From positions 290,074 to 354,073 of the forward strand of contig CAVZDU010000008.1 in assembly GCA_963774265.1 (NCBI GenBank): DNA of 64,000 nt, written 5' to 3'. The stretch is from an uncultured Chloroflexia bacterium. Its GTDB lineage: Bacteria > Chloroflexota > Anaerolineae > CG2-30-64-16. Positions 53,963 through 64,000 of this stretch are shown in pieces. Position 1 is the first letter of the stretch, and every line of letters begins with the position of its first letter. The notes beneath the pieces were generated by a model that was not told the DNA's origin, did no database searches, and saw only the letters and a list, made by a program, of their open reading frames with translations. The position numbers were made by a program, and so were the translations under genes.

Positions 53963-54823
53963 TTAGTGGCTATTGATCCAATCGAGCACCTTTGCCCGGT
54001 CGATGCGGTAGGCATAGTCCGTGCCGCGGCACAGCGAGTTCATGCCGAACGAGGTGACGCCGACGATGAGGTTTGATTCAGGCCCGCCCAGGAAGACGGG
54101 GCCGCCGGAGTCGCCGGAGCAGGTGCCGCCGCGATCGTCGCCGTTGCCCTGCGTCTGCAGGTTGTAGCCGTCGGTGTTTGCGCTGTTCAGGTTTACCAGG
54201 GTCGACTTGGCCATCAGCCGCGAGCGGTAGGAGATGTTCGGAACCGCCGAATGATCCTGGGTGCGATAGGTGAGGCCGTAGCCGCTCACGGTGAAAATCG
54301 TGTCCTTTTGCCCGCGAGCTTTGTCTAGACCATCGAGCTCACCCGCTTCGGGCAGCTTACCGTACTCGGTCATAGAGATGGGCTGATCCAGGATCACCAG
54401 GCCCGCGTCATGCGTGTTGGGGAAGCCGGCAAAGTTCGCGAAGCCGTAGTTGTAGAGCTCGTCCGATGTGGCGCACGAAGTACCCAAGGTGCCCTGGGCA
54501 CAGTCATCTGGATAACCGCTTATCGGATCAACCCCTGTGGCCGGATCGTAGTAGGCTCCGGCATCTTGCTGGAACCACACGCGGGCTGTGACTGCACCCT
54601 CAGCCGTGTCCGCGCAGTGTCCCGCAGTCAGGAACTTGGTCGGACTGATCAGCGAGCCGCTGCAGCGCCAGACAAAGTCGCCGTTCGCGTCATAGAACGC
54701 GACCAGGCCGACGAAGGGATGCTCAAAATCATCAACCCAGTTGTTGGTGATGGCTGAGACGGGCAGCACCAACACCGAAAAAGCGACGAGCAAGGTCAAA
54801 GAGACAAACAGTGGCCGACGCAT
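53963..54823 (-). CDS. Secreted trypsin-like (S1) serine protease
   Basis: Signal peptide, CSGSLI, LTAGHC, HDAGL, CSGDSGGP. Confidence 0.9.
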   Translation of the reverse strand: MRRPLFVSLTLLVAFSVLVLPVSAITNNWVDDFEHPFVGLVAFYDANGDFVWRCSGSLISPTKFLTAGHCADTAEGAVTARVWFQQDAGAYYDPATGVDPISGYPDDCAQGTLGTSCATSDELYNYGFANFAGFPNTHDAGLVILDQPISMTEYGKLPEAGELDGLDKARGQKDTIFTVSGYGLTYRTQDHSAVPNISYRSRLMAKSTLVNLNSANTDGYNLQTQGNGDDRGGTCSGDSGGPVFLGGPESNLIVGVTSFGMNSLCRGTDYAYRIDRAKVLDWINSH

Positions 54824-55228
54824 AAACAAACCTCCTCTGGAGATATGGCCGGTGGATATTCCAGGCGCACGCCTGGGGGATCACCGGCTAGGGATAAGAT
54901 TATGGCACCGAATCCGGTCATACGCAAGCCCGGGATGTAATGGGAAGATAGGTATGACCTGTATGTAGTGGGCACAGAGGTTCGACCTCTGTCTCGCGAG
55001 CAGTGCCTGGCTGGGTTATGCTGGGCAACACCTCCATGACGAGACGGGGGGTGCTGCCATGCCACGCTGTCCGGCTCAGGATTATGCGGATCGCTGTCGT
55101 GCTGTCGAGCTACGCCAGCAGGGCCTGCGCCAGACACCGATCATCCGCCAGGTGCAGGCTCACGGCCGGATTCACCTGGGTGGCCGGACGTATTGCTTCC
55201 ACTCTTCCCATGACACCCAATCGACTCT

Positions 55229-55283
55229 CTCTACTCTCTCTACTCTCACCCCTTAAAGGGGGGTGAGAGTAGAGAGAGTAGAG
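55229..55283. repeat. 24-bp perfect inverted repeat with purine/pyrimidine-biased arms
   Basis: CTCTACTCTCTCTACTCTCACCCC-ttaaagg-GGGGTGAGAGTAGAGAGAGTAGAG. Confidence 0.9.
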
Positions 55284-55541
55284 TCAATGATGTCGACGCG
55301 GTTTCTGCCAGATCTCCATTGGATTTCCAGAACCTGTATGGAAGGAGCCGGACAAACCTCCCTGCCCTATGTAGAGGACAAACCTATCAACCCAATATAC
55401 TCGGGAAGCCTATCTCGACAGTCTCGAGTGTGCAGACGACGAGGTGGCACACAGAATTCACCCAAAGCTCAAAGAGGTGCCCACGAGCAAATGATACGGC
55501 ATTCTCTCTGCGCACTCCACGTTCCCTGCGGCAAATCATCC

Positions 55542-56468
55542 TCACCACACCCTCCGCCACGTGACCCCGCGGTAGGCCTCAGTGAAGCCCATGCCGTCGT
55601 AGAAGCGGTTCGCCGGCGTCATATCGCCGGTGTCCACTGTGGCGTCCACTGCGCCCAGCCCGCGCAGCCGCAGCAGCCCCTCCTGCATCAGGGCCTGCGC
55701 CAGCCCGCGGCGGCGATGGTCCGGATGGGTGCACACCGGCTCGAAGATCCCGCGACGATTCACCGCGTCGTAGGGGATGCCGATGTACGCAGCGAGGCTG
55801 CCATCGGGGGCTTCAGTGACCAGGTCGAGCTCGGGCCGGAAACAGGGCGCTGCCATCGCGAAATTGTGATACTCCTGCGCATGGTGGAAGGTCCGGCCAA
55901 ACGCTGCGTTCAGGAGATCGGCCATCCGAGCACACTCGGCCAAGTCGCCGGAACGGGTCGGTCGGAGCACGTACCCCGCGGCAACCCGGGGGCGCGCCAG
56001 GGACCCCTTACCGAGCCGGATCCGGCGAAGCATCCCCCACTCATCCGTCTTCACATACCCCCGTGCTGCAAGCAGCCGCTGGCGCAGCACATCGTAATCA
56101 TACACATAGATTTCAAGCTGCCGCTCCGTCCCACCTGCAAGGGACGCGGCCAGGTGCGCCTCCGCCCAGGCGATCATCTCCTCCTCCAGGTGGCGGTAAT
56201 CACCATGCACCTGCAGGTGCGCATCGCCGGCGCTCTCGGGCAGCACGAAGCCAACCAACTCGCCCGCGTCCTCCCACAGCGCAACCGGCCGTGCCTGCAA
56301 GCCGTTTGCCGCAAGGTCCGCGTCGTAAAAACGGCGACCCTCCAGCCGGCGGATATCCCAGTTCATTCCAAGCGGCAGCCCAGGCACGGTCGCGAGGAGC
56401 AGATCGCGCATCCTCCAGAAATCGGCGTCGCCCGCCGTGGGGCGAGATGTGATGGTGTATGTGGTCAT
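55542..56468 (-). CDS. GNAT-family N-acetyltransferase (tandem GNAT)
   Basis: FEPVCTHPDHRRRGLAQAL acetyl-CoA motif A, and ANRFYDGMGF. Confidence 0.85.
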   Translation of the reverse strand: MTTYTITSRPTAGDADFWRMRDLLLATVPGLPLGMNWDIRRLEGRRFYDADLAANGLQARPVALWEDAGELVGFVLPESAGDAHLQVHGDYRHLEEEMIAWAEAHLAASLAGGTERQLEIYVYDYDVLRQRLLAARGYVKTDEWGMLRRIRLGKGSLARPRVAAGYVLRPTRSGDLAECARMADLLNAAFGRTFHHAQEYHNFAMAAPCFRPELDLVTEAPDGSLAAYIGIPYDAVNRRGIFEPVCTHPDHRRRGLAQALMQEGLLRLRGLGAVDATVDTGDMTPANRFYDGMGFTEAYRGVTWRRVW

Positions 56469-56540
56469 GGCGCCCATTATGCGCCATAGCGAAGTCCCGG
56501 TCACCGCACCAGCATACGCAACGTGACAACCCCAACACCC

Positions 56541-56585
56541 CTTTTATGCTGTCTTTACAGAATCTTTATATCGCAGTGCTAACCT
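56541..56585 (+). promoter_or_regulatory. Putative OmpR-family binding repeats plus extended -10
   Basis: CTTTTAT, TCTTTAC and TCTTTAT at 11-bp period, then TGcTAACCT. Confidence 0.55.
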
Positions 56586-56724
56586 AAAGCTACATCTGAA
56601 CACGACGCTAACGCAGCCTTTACTTGTCCTTCATAACTCTCTGCTAGAGTGGACAACGACAGGCGAGCGAGCCTCCGGTCGGATAGATACTGATGAAAGT
56701 CCGTTGAACGAAGGAGGGTACTGC

Positions 56725-57297
56725 ATGACGAAGAAACGACTCGTTCTCGTGATCAGCGTGCTGGCTCTGATCACTATCCTCGGTGTGATAGCGGTGGGCA
56801 CTGCACTCGCGCAGACGACAACCCCGCCGGCAGAGTCGACGCCGGCGACGCCGAAGGTGGAGAAACCTTGGGGCCGCGGCTTCGGGTTCGGCTTCCGGGG
56901 CAGCGACACCGCGAACTTCGACGCGGTAGCCAAGGCGCTCAATCTGACCCCGACGCAGTTGTTCGAAGAACTGCACTCGGGCAAGACCTTGAGCGAGATC
57001 GCACAGGCCCGGGGCGTTGACCTTTCAACAGTCCAAGAAGCCATGAACGCTTCTCGGGTCCAGGCAATGAAGGATAAGATCGCCCAGGCCGTGACGGATG
57101 GGACGATCACGCAGGAACAGGCAGACTGGCTCCTGCAGGGCATCGGGAAGGGGTGGGCTTTCGGTGGCCGGGGCTTTGGTTTCGGCTTCGACGGCCATGG
57201 CCGTGGCGGCATGAAGGGCATGCGCGGTCACCCCTTTGGAGACACAGACAATGTCCAGCCGGCGCCCAGCACGTCGGCACAAGGGACCTCGAGCTGA
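56725..57297 (+). CDS. Secreted helical protein with Gly-rich segments
   Basis: AAGGAGG RBS, signal peptide, VAKALNLT...GKTLSEIA...AVTDGTITQEQAD. Confidence 0.8.
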   Translation: MTKKRLVLVISVLALITILGVIAVGTALAQTTTPPAESTPATPKVEKPWGRGFGFGFRGSDTANFDAVAKALNLTPTQLFEELHSGKTLSEIAQARGVDLSTVQEAMNASRVQAMKDKIAQAVTDGTITQEQADWLLQGIGKGWAFGGRGFGFGFDGHGRGGMKGMRGHPFGDTDNVQPAPSTSAQGTSS

Positions 57298-57362
57298 GGT
57301 CAATGGCCGGAGGCCCCTTATCCGACGAAGCATCGTAGGGTAAGGACGCTCGCCTGATGGAC

Positions 57363-57399
57363 ACGGGGAACGGAGGTCGCCTTCGTTCCCCGTTTGCTT
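57363..57399 (+). terminator. Intrinsic terminator-like hairpin
   Basis: ACGGGGAACGGAGG-tcg-CCTTCGTTCCCCGT-TTGCTT. Confidence 0.6.
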
Positions 57400-57426
57400 G
57401 AAGGGGATAGTGTAAGAGAGGATCAT

Positions 57427-58710
57427 ATGGGACGAGGCAAGTTAGCGAATTGGATGTTGGTTGCCGCCCTTGCGGCGGTCGTGATGACAGGGTGCACTTC
57501 ACCGGCCCCCGAAACAGCGGGGCATGCTATCGAACGGCTCTTGACCGGGAAAACGGCGGCCGATACAACAGGGGCGGTGACGACGCCCGCGGCGCGTGCA
57601 CTCACCACGACAAACACGCTCCAGGTGGGGCAGCCGGCCAGCATCAACATTGCAGCCGGCGCAGATGTGGAGACTCAGATCAACGAGGCGGTGTACCAGA
57701 AGGTCAACCCGTCGGTAGTTTATATCGAAAACCTGGCGACCATCGCGCGCTCCCGCACCGGCTCCAACGCGACCGTCCCGGAAAGCTCCGGGTCGGGCCT
57801 TGTGTGGGACATGCAGGGTCACATCGTGACCAACAACCATGTTGTCGAAGGTGCAGAGCAGATAAATGTGACCTTTGCCGACGGCGTCACGGTGCCGGCT
57901 GACATCGTGGCCACCGACGCCGGGAGCGACCTGGCGGTCATCAAGGTTGACCCGAGCCTGGTGGACCTGGTCCCTGCCGAGCAGGGCGACATTGCCAGCG
58001 TGAAGGTTGGCGGCCGGGCCATCGCCATTGGCAACCCGTTCGGCCTGGTCGGCACCATGACCACGGGCATCGTGAGCGCGCTGGGCCGCAGCCTGAGCTC
58101 CGACCCGACAAATGGGAGCAGCTTCAGCATCCCGCAGGTGATCCAGACGGACGCTGCGATCAATCCCGGCAATTCGGGCGGGCCGCTGCTGAACGAGGCG
58201 GGCCAGGTGATCGGCGTGAACTTCCAGATCCGCTCAGAGGCCGGCTCCAACTCGGGCGTGGGCTTCGCCATCCCGATCAACATCGTCCAGCGCGTTGTGC
58301 CCGCGCTGATCGACAATGGCGCGTACCAGCACGCGTATCTTGGCATCCGCGGTCAGACCTACTCCCCGGCCTGGGCTGAGGCGCTGAACTTCCCTAAAGA
58401 CATGCGCGGCGCGTACGTGACCGAAGTCACCGCAAATGGACCAGCGGCCCGGGGTGGCCTGCAAGGAGCCGTGCGCAATACAGATATCGTCCTGGGCGTG
58501 GGCACAACGGGCCTGGCCTACCTGGCCAGCGGCGGGGATCTCATCACCGCCATCGACGGACAGACCATCAGCACATTCGACGATCTGCTGATCTACCTGG
58601 AGAACAACAAATCGCCCGGCGATAAGGTGACCATGACGGTCTTACGCTCGGGCGGGTCCAAGGATACCTTGACGATCACACTGGGCGCCCGACCCACATC
58701 GGTGCAGTAA
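57427..58710 (+). CDS. htrA: HtrA/DegP-family serine protease, lipoprotein
   Basis: Lipobox VMTG-C, SGSG, TNNHVV, DLAVIK, IQTDAAINPGNSGGPL, one PDZ domain. Confidence 0.92.
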   Translation: MGRGKLANWMLVAALAAVVMTGCTSPAPETAGHAIERLLTGKTAADTTGAVTTPAARALTTTNTLQVGQPASINIAAGADVETQINEAVYQKVNPSVVYIENLATIARSRTGSNATVPESSGSGLVWDMQGHIVTNNHVVEGAEQINVTFADGVTVPADIVATDAGSDLAVIKVDPSLVDLVPAEQGDIASVKVGGRAIAIGNPFGLVGTMTTGIVSALGRSLSSDPTNGSSFSIPQVIQTDAAINPGNSGGPLLNEAGQVIGVNFQIRSEAGSNSGVGFAIPINIVQRVVPALIDNGAYQHAYLGIRGQTYSPAWAEALNFPKDMRGAYVTEVTANGPAARGGLQGAVRNTDIVLGVGTTGLAYLASGGDLITAIDGQTISTFDDLLIYLENNKSPGDKVTMTVLRSGGSKDTLTITLGARPTSVQ

Positions 58711-58752
58711 CGATCGTTTGCGCAGCGAGAACAGGCAGGCTAAGATAGCCCT

Positions 58753-59442
58753 ATGAACCGAACCATCCTGGTCGTTGACGACGACAGAAAGATTGTGGAC
58801 CTCGTCACCATGTATTTGAAGCGTGACGGCTACACCGTGCTGCCAGCATATGACGGGCAAGAGGCGCTGGAGGTCGCGCGGCGCAAGCGGCCGGACCTGA
58901 TCGTGCTCGACCTTATGCTGCCCGAGTTGGCCGGCACGGACGTGTGCAAGCTGCTCCGGGCCGAGTCTCGGGTGCCGATCATCATGTTGACCGCACGCGC
59001 CGCGGACGAGGATAAGTTCCGCGGGTTGGAGCTGGGGGCCGACGACTACCTCACGAAGCCCTTCAACCCGCGCGAGTTAGTCGCCCGCGTGCGCGCGGTG
59101 CTGCGCCGGGCCTACCCGGAGGAGACACCCGGCGATGACCTGCGCTACGGCGACCTGGTCATCAGCTTCCTGCGCCACGAAGTAACGGTGGACGGCAAGC
59201 CGGCCAACCTGACGCCGACCGAATTTCGCCTGCTGGACGCGCTGGTCCGAGAGCCGGGCCGCGCGTTCTCCCGCTCCGAGTTACTCGACCGCGCCTTCGG
59301 CTACGACTACGAGGGTGTCGAGCGGACGGTCGACGTTCACATCATGAACCTGCGCCGCAAGATCGAGCCGGGGGGTGAGTGGCGCTTCATCGCCACCGTT
59401 CCCGGCCTGGGTTACCGTTTCGAGACCTGCAATGTGGCATAG
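58753..59442 (+). CDS. OmpR-family response regulator
   Basis: ILVVDDD, LDLMLP, GADDYLTKPF, RTVDVHIMNLRRKIE. Confidence 0.95.
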   Translation: MNRTILVVDDDRKIVDLVTMYLKRDGYTVLPAYDGQEALEVARRKRPDLIVLDLMLPELAGTDVCKLLRAESRVPIIMLTARAADEDKFRGLELGADDYLTKPFNPRELVARVRAVLRRAYPEETPGDDLRYGDLVISFLRHEVTVDGKPANLTPTEFRLLDALVREPGRAFSRSELLDRAFGYDYEGVERTVDVHIMNLRRKIEPGGEWRFIATVPGLGYRFETCNVA

Positions 59443-60769
59443 CCTGCGAGTCCGCCTGCTCCTGGCCACCATCCTGGTGGTGCTCATCGCCGTCGGGGTG
59501 ACCGCGTTTGTGGCCACCCGGCGGACCGAGGGCGAGTTCCAGCGCTATGTCGAACAGCGCAGCCCGCTGGACGACCGGCGTATGGGCTACGTCCTGGCGC
59601 ACTTCTACGAGGAAAATGGCGGTTGGAAAGGCGTCGAGACCGAGGCCGAAAATCTCGCGCACATCTCCGGACAGCAGGTGGTGCTGGCGGACGCAGACGG
59701 CCAGATCATCGCCGACAGCGCCGGCAAACTGGTCGGCAAGCCCGTGGACACTCGCTGGCCCCGGCCCGCTGCTATCATCATTCGAGCGGTGTTTCCGTCG
59801 GAACCGTCTATGTTGACCCGTTGCAGGGGCCGCCCGATCCTGCCGCAACGTTCATCTCGGCCGTCAATCGTTCGGTCCTCTTCGGCGCGCTCGCGGCAAG
59901 CCTGGCTGCGGTGATCGTCACCTTGTTCATCTCCGGCCGCATCCTGCGCCCCGTGGAGCATCTGACCGCGGCTGCGGAGCAGATGTCGCAGGGCGATCTG
60001 AGCGTGCGGGTGCCGGTCGAATCGCAGGACGAACTGGGACAACTGGCCGTGGCATTCAACAGCATGGCGGGCAACATCGCCCAGCAGGAGCAACTGCGGC
60101 GCAACATGGTGGGGGACGTCGCCCATGAGCTGCGCACGCCGCTCACCAACCTGCGGGGCTACCTCGAGGCGGTACGCGACGGCCTAATCTCGCCTGACAC
60201 GGCCCTGGTCGACAATCTGTACGAAGAGACCATGCTGCTCACACCGACTGGTGGCCGACCTGCACGAGCTGGCACAGGCGGAAGCCGGGCAATTGAACCT
60301 GATGCGTGCGCCGGCCGCGCTGCCCGACGTGGTGGAACAGGCCGTGCAGATCCTGCGGCCGCAAGCCGACACGAAGGGCGTAACCCTGGCGCTAGATCTG
60401 GCGCCGGACTTGCCCGAGGTGGACATCGACCGGGAACGCATCGGCCAGGTGCTGCGCAACCTGATGAACAATGCGCTGGCCCACACCCCGGCGGGGGGCG
60501 AGATCGGCGTCTCAGCGGTGCGAGACGGTGATTTTGTCAGCGTTGCCGTGCGTGACACCGGCGAAGGCATCCCGCCCGAGCACCTGCCACACGTCTTCGA
60601 TCGCTTCTACCGCGCGGATCGCTCGCGCGCGCGCCAGACCGGTGGCTATGGCCTCGGCTTAGCCATCGTGAAGCAGCTCGTGCTCGCGCACGGCGGGGAG
60701 ATCACGGTCGAGAGCCAACCGGGCAAAGGCAGCACGTTCACGTTCACGACACCCATCGCCGCAACCTAA
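59432..60769 (+). CDS. Membrane HAMP histidine kinase (BaeS-like), two frameshifts (near 59780 and 60243)
   Basis: TM, HAMP (DELGQLAVAFNSMA), VAHELRTPL, NLMNNAL, DTGEGI, GYGLGLAI across three frames. Confidence 0.88.
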
Positions 60770-60912
60770 GGCGGCCGGTCAGCCTGGCATTCATGGGAAG
60801 GATTCAATGCGCAGCGAGGTAAGCACCGAGACACGATGGTGGCCACGATGGCCCGATGGTTAACGCCATCATCTTCATTGCATCTGAAGATCGCGTGCCG
60901 TTCGATCTGAAC

Positions 60913-62221
60913 TCAGACTGCGACGTACCAGTCCACACACGTCAATGGCAGCCCGCTGCGGCCAAGCGCGTCCGGCTTCACCAACAGCGCCTGGTAGACG
61001 TTCCGCGCTCCCGTTCGGAAATAGTGCGCATTGGAGGACATGAACAGCCGCCGGACGCGATAGGTTGGCTCGTCCACGAACCTGAGCGCTGCGTCGTGCT
61101 GTGTTTCCAGGCGGCGCACCCAGTGATGCAGCGTCAACGCGTCGTGCTCGCGCAGGCTTTCCACGTCGCGCACCTCGAAGCCGGCTTCTTCCGCGGCCCG
61201 TAGAGTGGCGCTGATCGGCGTCAGTTCCCCGTCCGGGAAGACATAGGCATCGCTGAAGTTGGGGCCGTCCGGAAGCACTTCGTTGGCACGCGAGGCGATG
61301 CCGTGATTGAGGAAGGCGCCGCCAGGCTTGAGCAGGCGCCAGGACTGGTTGAAGTAGATCGGTAGCAGCGCCACGCCCACGTGCTCGAACATCCCGACGC
61401 TGACCAGGACATCGTACCCTTCCGCTCTCCAGTCGCGATAGTCCCGCGCCTCGACACGGCATTGCCCGGAGAGGCCGGCCGCGGCGATGCGCTCGTTCGC
61501 CGACCGCGACTTGCGGCTGGCTGAGCGTGATGCCGGTGGCATCCACGCCGTAGTGCTGGCCGGCGTGCAACACCAGCCCGCCCCATCCGCAGCCGATGTC
61601 GAGCAGGCGTTGGCCGGGCTGCAAGCGCAACTTGCGACAGATGTGGTCGAGCTTCGCGCTTGCGCCGTGTCCAGGTCTTCCCCGGCCGCCTGGAAATAGG
61701 CGGACGAGTAGACCATACGCCGGTCGAGCCAGAGTGCGTAGAAGTCGTTTGACACATCGTAGTGATAGGTGACGGCCTGGCGGTCGCGTTCGACCGAGTG
61801 ACGCCTGCCGGCCAGGCGAGCCGGGCCTCGCTGGCCGTGTGGGTGGCCGGAGCCGGCCGGCAGCCGCGCCAGGTCACAGCGCGGCAGTCAGCCTCTTGCG
61901 CCAGCCGGAGGTCGCCGCGGCCAGCACGTCGGCCAGGCCGAAAACCGCCTCGATATCGCCGACGATGTCGAAGTCGTCGTACAGGTAAGCCTCGGCCAGA
62001 GCCAACTCGTTACCGGGCAGAAACATGGCACGCAGCACGCCGGGATGCTTGAGAACGAGCGTGGCGGGTCGGGGTGCATCATCGGGCCAAGGCGTGCCAT
62101 CCCACAGACGCACGCCCACGTGCCGCTTTGCGTCGGCGTCGAACAAACTCTCTAGAATGCGCAGTGTCCGGCTCGCGGTGTCATCGGCTTGACCAGCAGA
62201 GAGGATCAGCTTCTCAGCCAT
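60913..62221 (-). CDS. cfa: Cyclopropane-fatty-acyl-phospholipid synthase (several frameshifts)
   Basis: LAEAYLYDDFDI, SNDFYALWLD..MVYSSAYF, LLDIGCGWGG, GITLS, SVGMFEHVG, YVFPDGEL in successive frames. Confidence 0.85.
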
Positions 62222-62497
62222 GGTGAATGTCCTCCTTTATGTCTTCTCGCCGTGGTGGTGCAGCAGCTCATGGAATTCAGCCCCGCAACCGGATTCGCCG
62301 CCACCCTGACCAGCATAGTCAGGCGACGCTTGACAGCGTGCCCGACTATGCTACCATTTCCTACAAGACAACCCAAGTGCCGGGTTGCCTGAAGACAGGT
62401 AAACCACCGCAAACTGTTGCCCTCGCTCAAGGGAGACCCGGGCAGCATTTCTGGGAGAGTGAAAAGCAGGCTGTATATCAAGACCGGGCCCGGACCT

Positions 62498-62780
62498 TCA
62501 AACCACCGCAGGCACCACGTACTGCTCGATCAATTGGTAGAGCGGTTCGTGGTTCTCGAGCTACCCGGTCATGACCACGACCAGGTCCAGGCTGGGGATC
62601 ACGAAGATCGTCTCCATAGCGGCCCAACGCCGTGTAGGCTCCCCGCGGATAGGTCCGCCACTGGTAACCGTAACCCAGCCTGTCGTCAGTCTCCACGTGT
62701 TTCTGCGTGGCAGCTCTCACCCACGCCTCCGAGACGACCTGCGGGCCGTCCCAGCGTCCGTTGTGGAGATAGAGGAAGCC
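62498..62780 (-). pseudogene. C-terminal fragment of a serine hydrolase (beta-lactamase class C-like family)
   Basis: GFLYLHNGRWDGPQVVSEAWVRAAT...GYGYQW...TIFVIPSLDLVVVMT...IEQYVVPAVV*. No N-terminal half. Confidence 0.7.
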
Positions 62781-63125
62781 CCGTCGATGCCGGTCATCAC
62801 CGCCAGGATGCAGACATAGCCGCCGACAGTGAAGTGCAAATTTTTTTTTGGGGGGGGTGGGCAGGCTTCGAAGGACAACACCGGCAGATGAAAGCCGGTT
62901 CGGATCAGCGTCATGAGAATCATCTTACGGGGGAATACGAAGACTTGTACAAACCGGGGGATGTACATCTGCCGGCGCTGAAACGCCCCGCTGTTCTCAT
63001 TGGAGAGCAAGGTTGGCGCCAACTGCGGATGGCTGGCGTTCGACGCTAGCTACCCGAGCTAGCTCAAGCGTCTGCCCGGGCCGTCGGGGTCGGGCAGACG
63101 CTGCCAGAGGTCCTTAATCCGTAGA

Positions 63126-63588
63126 TTACGGCACGGAAACCCAGCGCCGCTCGTGAAAAGCCGGGCCGGAGCTCTGCAGCAGTTGCTGCCGGATCGTTTC
63201 CGCACTGACTTCGTCCATCACGCCGCGCTCGATCAACTGGGAGCGCAGCCGCTGCAGTGACCAGGCGTCAAATTCCAATCCCAACGCGCGCGGATCGGTG
63301 GTCGCCAAACCCACGATTGCCTCGCGTTGCTGCCGGCTGAACGGCCGCGGTCGCCCGGCGATCGGCGCGAGGAAAGCCCCTAAGGCCCAACCGATTGAAA
63401 CGGTGGATCCATTTGCGAATCATTTGATCGGATGCAGGCCGACGGTGGAGCCAATTTCGTATACGCCCGTGCGCTGGCGAGCAGAAACGATCTGCTGCCT
63501 GGTGACCCGGTTAGCCGATCCGTGCCCCTCCGGACACCGGGCTTCGGCTTCTCATCAGCCTTTGACAATCAGGAACCCGCAGTGCCAT
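63126..63588 (-). pseudogene. IS630-like transposase N-terminal HTH region (frameshifted, no DDE domain)
   Basis: GVYEIGSTVGLHP / IRKWIHRFNRLGL / GRPRPFS...WSLQRLR...VSAETIRQ. Confidence 0.6.
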
Positions 63589-63779
63589 GGATAGGCGCAG
63601 GCCCGCCGGGTATATTTAAATATGTCCGGCGCAGTACACTGTTAATCAGTAACGTCACAGCTACAAAAAGATACACTATCTCTCTTCTTTAGCTAAAATT
63701 ACAGCAAATCTCAAATTTGCAGGCCCGACGGGCCAGGCTTGGGAAAGGCCCAACCCCAAGGCCAAGGGCAAGACCCCCA

Positions 63780-64000
<221 letters not shown>

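Noticed and set aside
62780-63120. ORFs 62417-63049 and 62717-63022
   Set aside because: They cross T9/G8 homopolymers and join unrelated fragments. Likely chimeric or degraded sequence.

Overview
This is a GC-rich bacterial chromosomal segment. Gene content and protein style suggest Chloroflexota (Anaerolineae/Caldilineae-like); that assignment is inference. The consensus is error-prone: several conserved genes carry indel frameshifts, and the last ~1.3 kb looks chimeric or artefactual. In order, the window holds: a GH3 hydrolase; an intact IS256-family element with terminal repeats and an 8-bp target duplication; udgB; an M24 peptidase; larEBC; Fe-SOD; a five-gene signalling cluster (response regulator, 40-aa-repeat coiled coil, longin/roadblock-like membrane protein with SH3b, Rab-like small GTPase, PAS histidine kinase); moeA-PBP; a membrane protein with ~15 acidic 22-aa repeats; gyrA; murI; rplI; tRNA-Cys and tRNA-Leu; ppk2 with CYTH-CHAD; nagA; a second GyrA/ParC-family gene; uvrB with a LexA box; a split carotenoid cluster (crtD-like, lycopene cyclase, cruF, crtI, crtB, tocopherol-cyclase-like); ettA; an HtrA/two-component envelope-stress locus; and cfa. 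Four observations stand out. (1) The Rab-like GTPase plus longin-like membrane protein plus two-component module. (2) An unannotated leader-peptide attenuator (25-aa uORF with RPP, 11-bp antiterminator, terminator) upstream of a 66-aa orphan and rplI. (3) CarH/LitR-type 11-bp repeat operators at both carotenoid promoters. (4) The periaxin-like repeat membrane protein.
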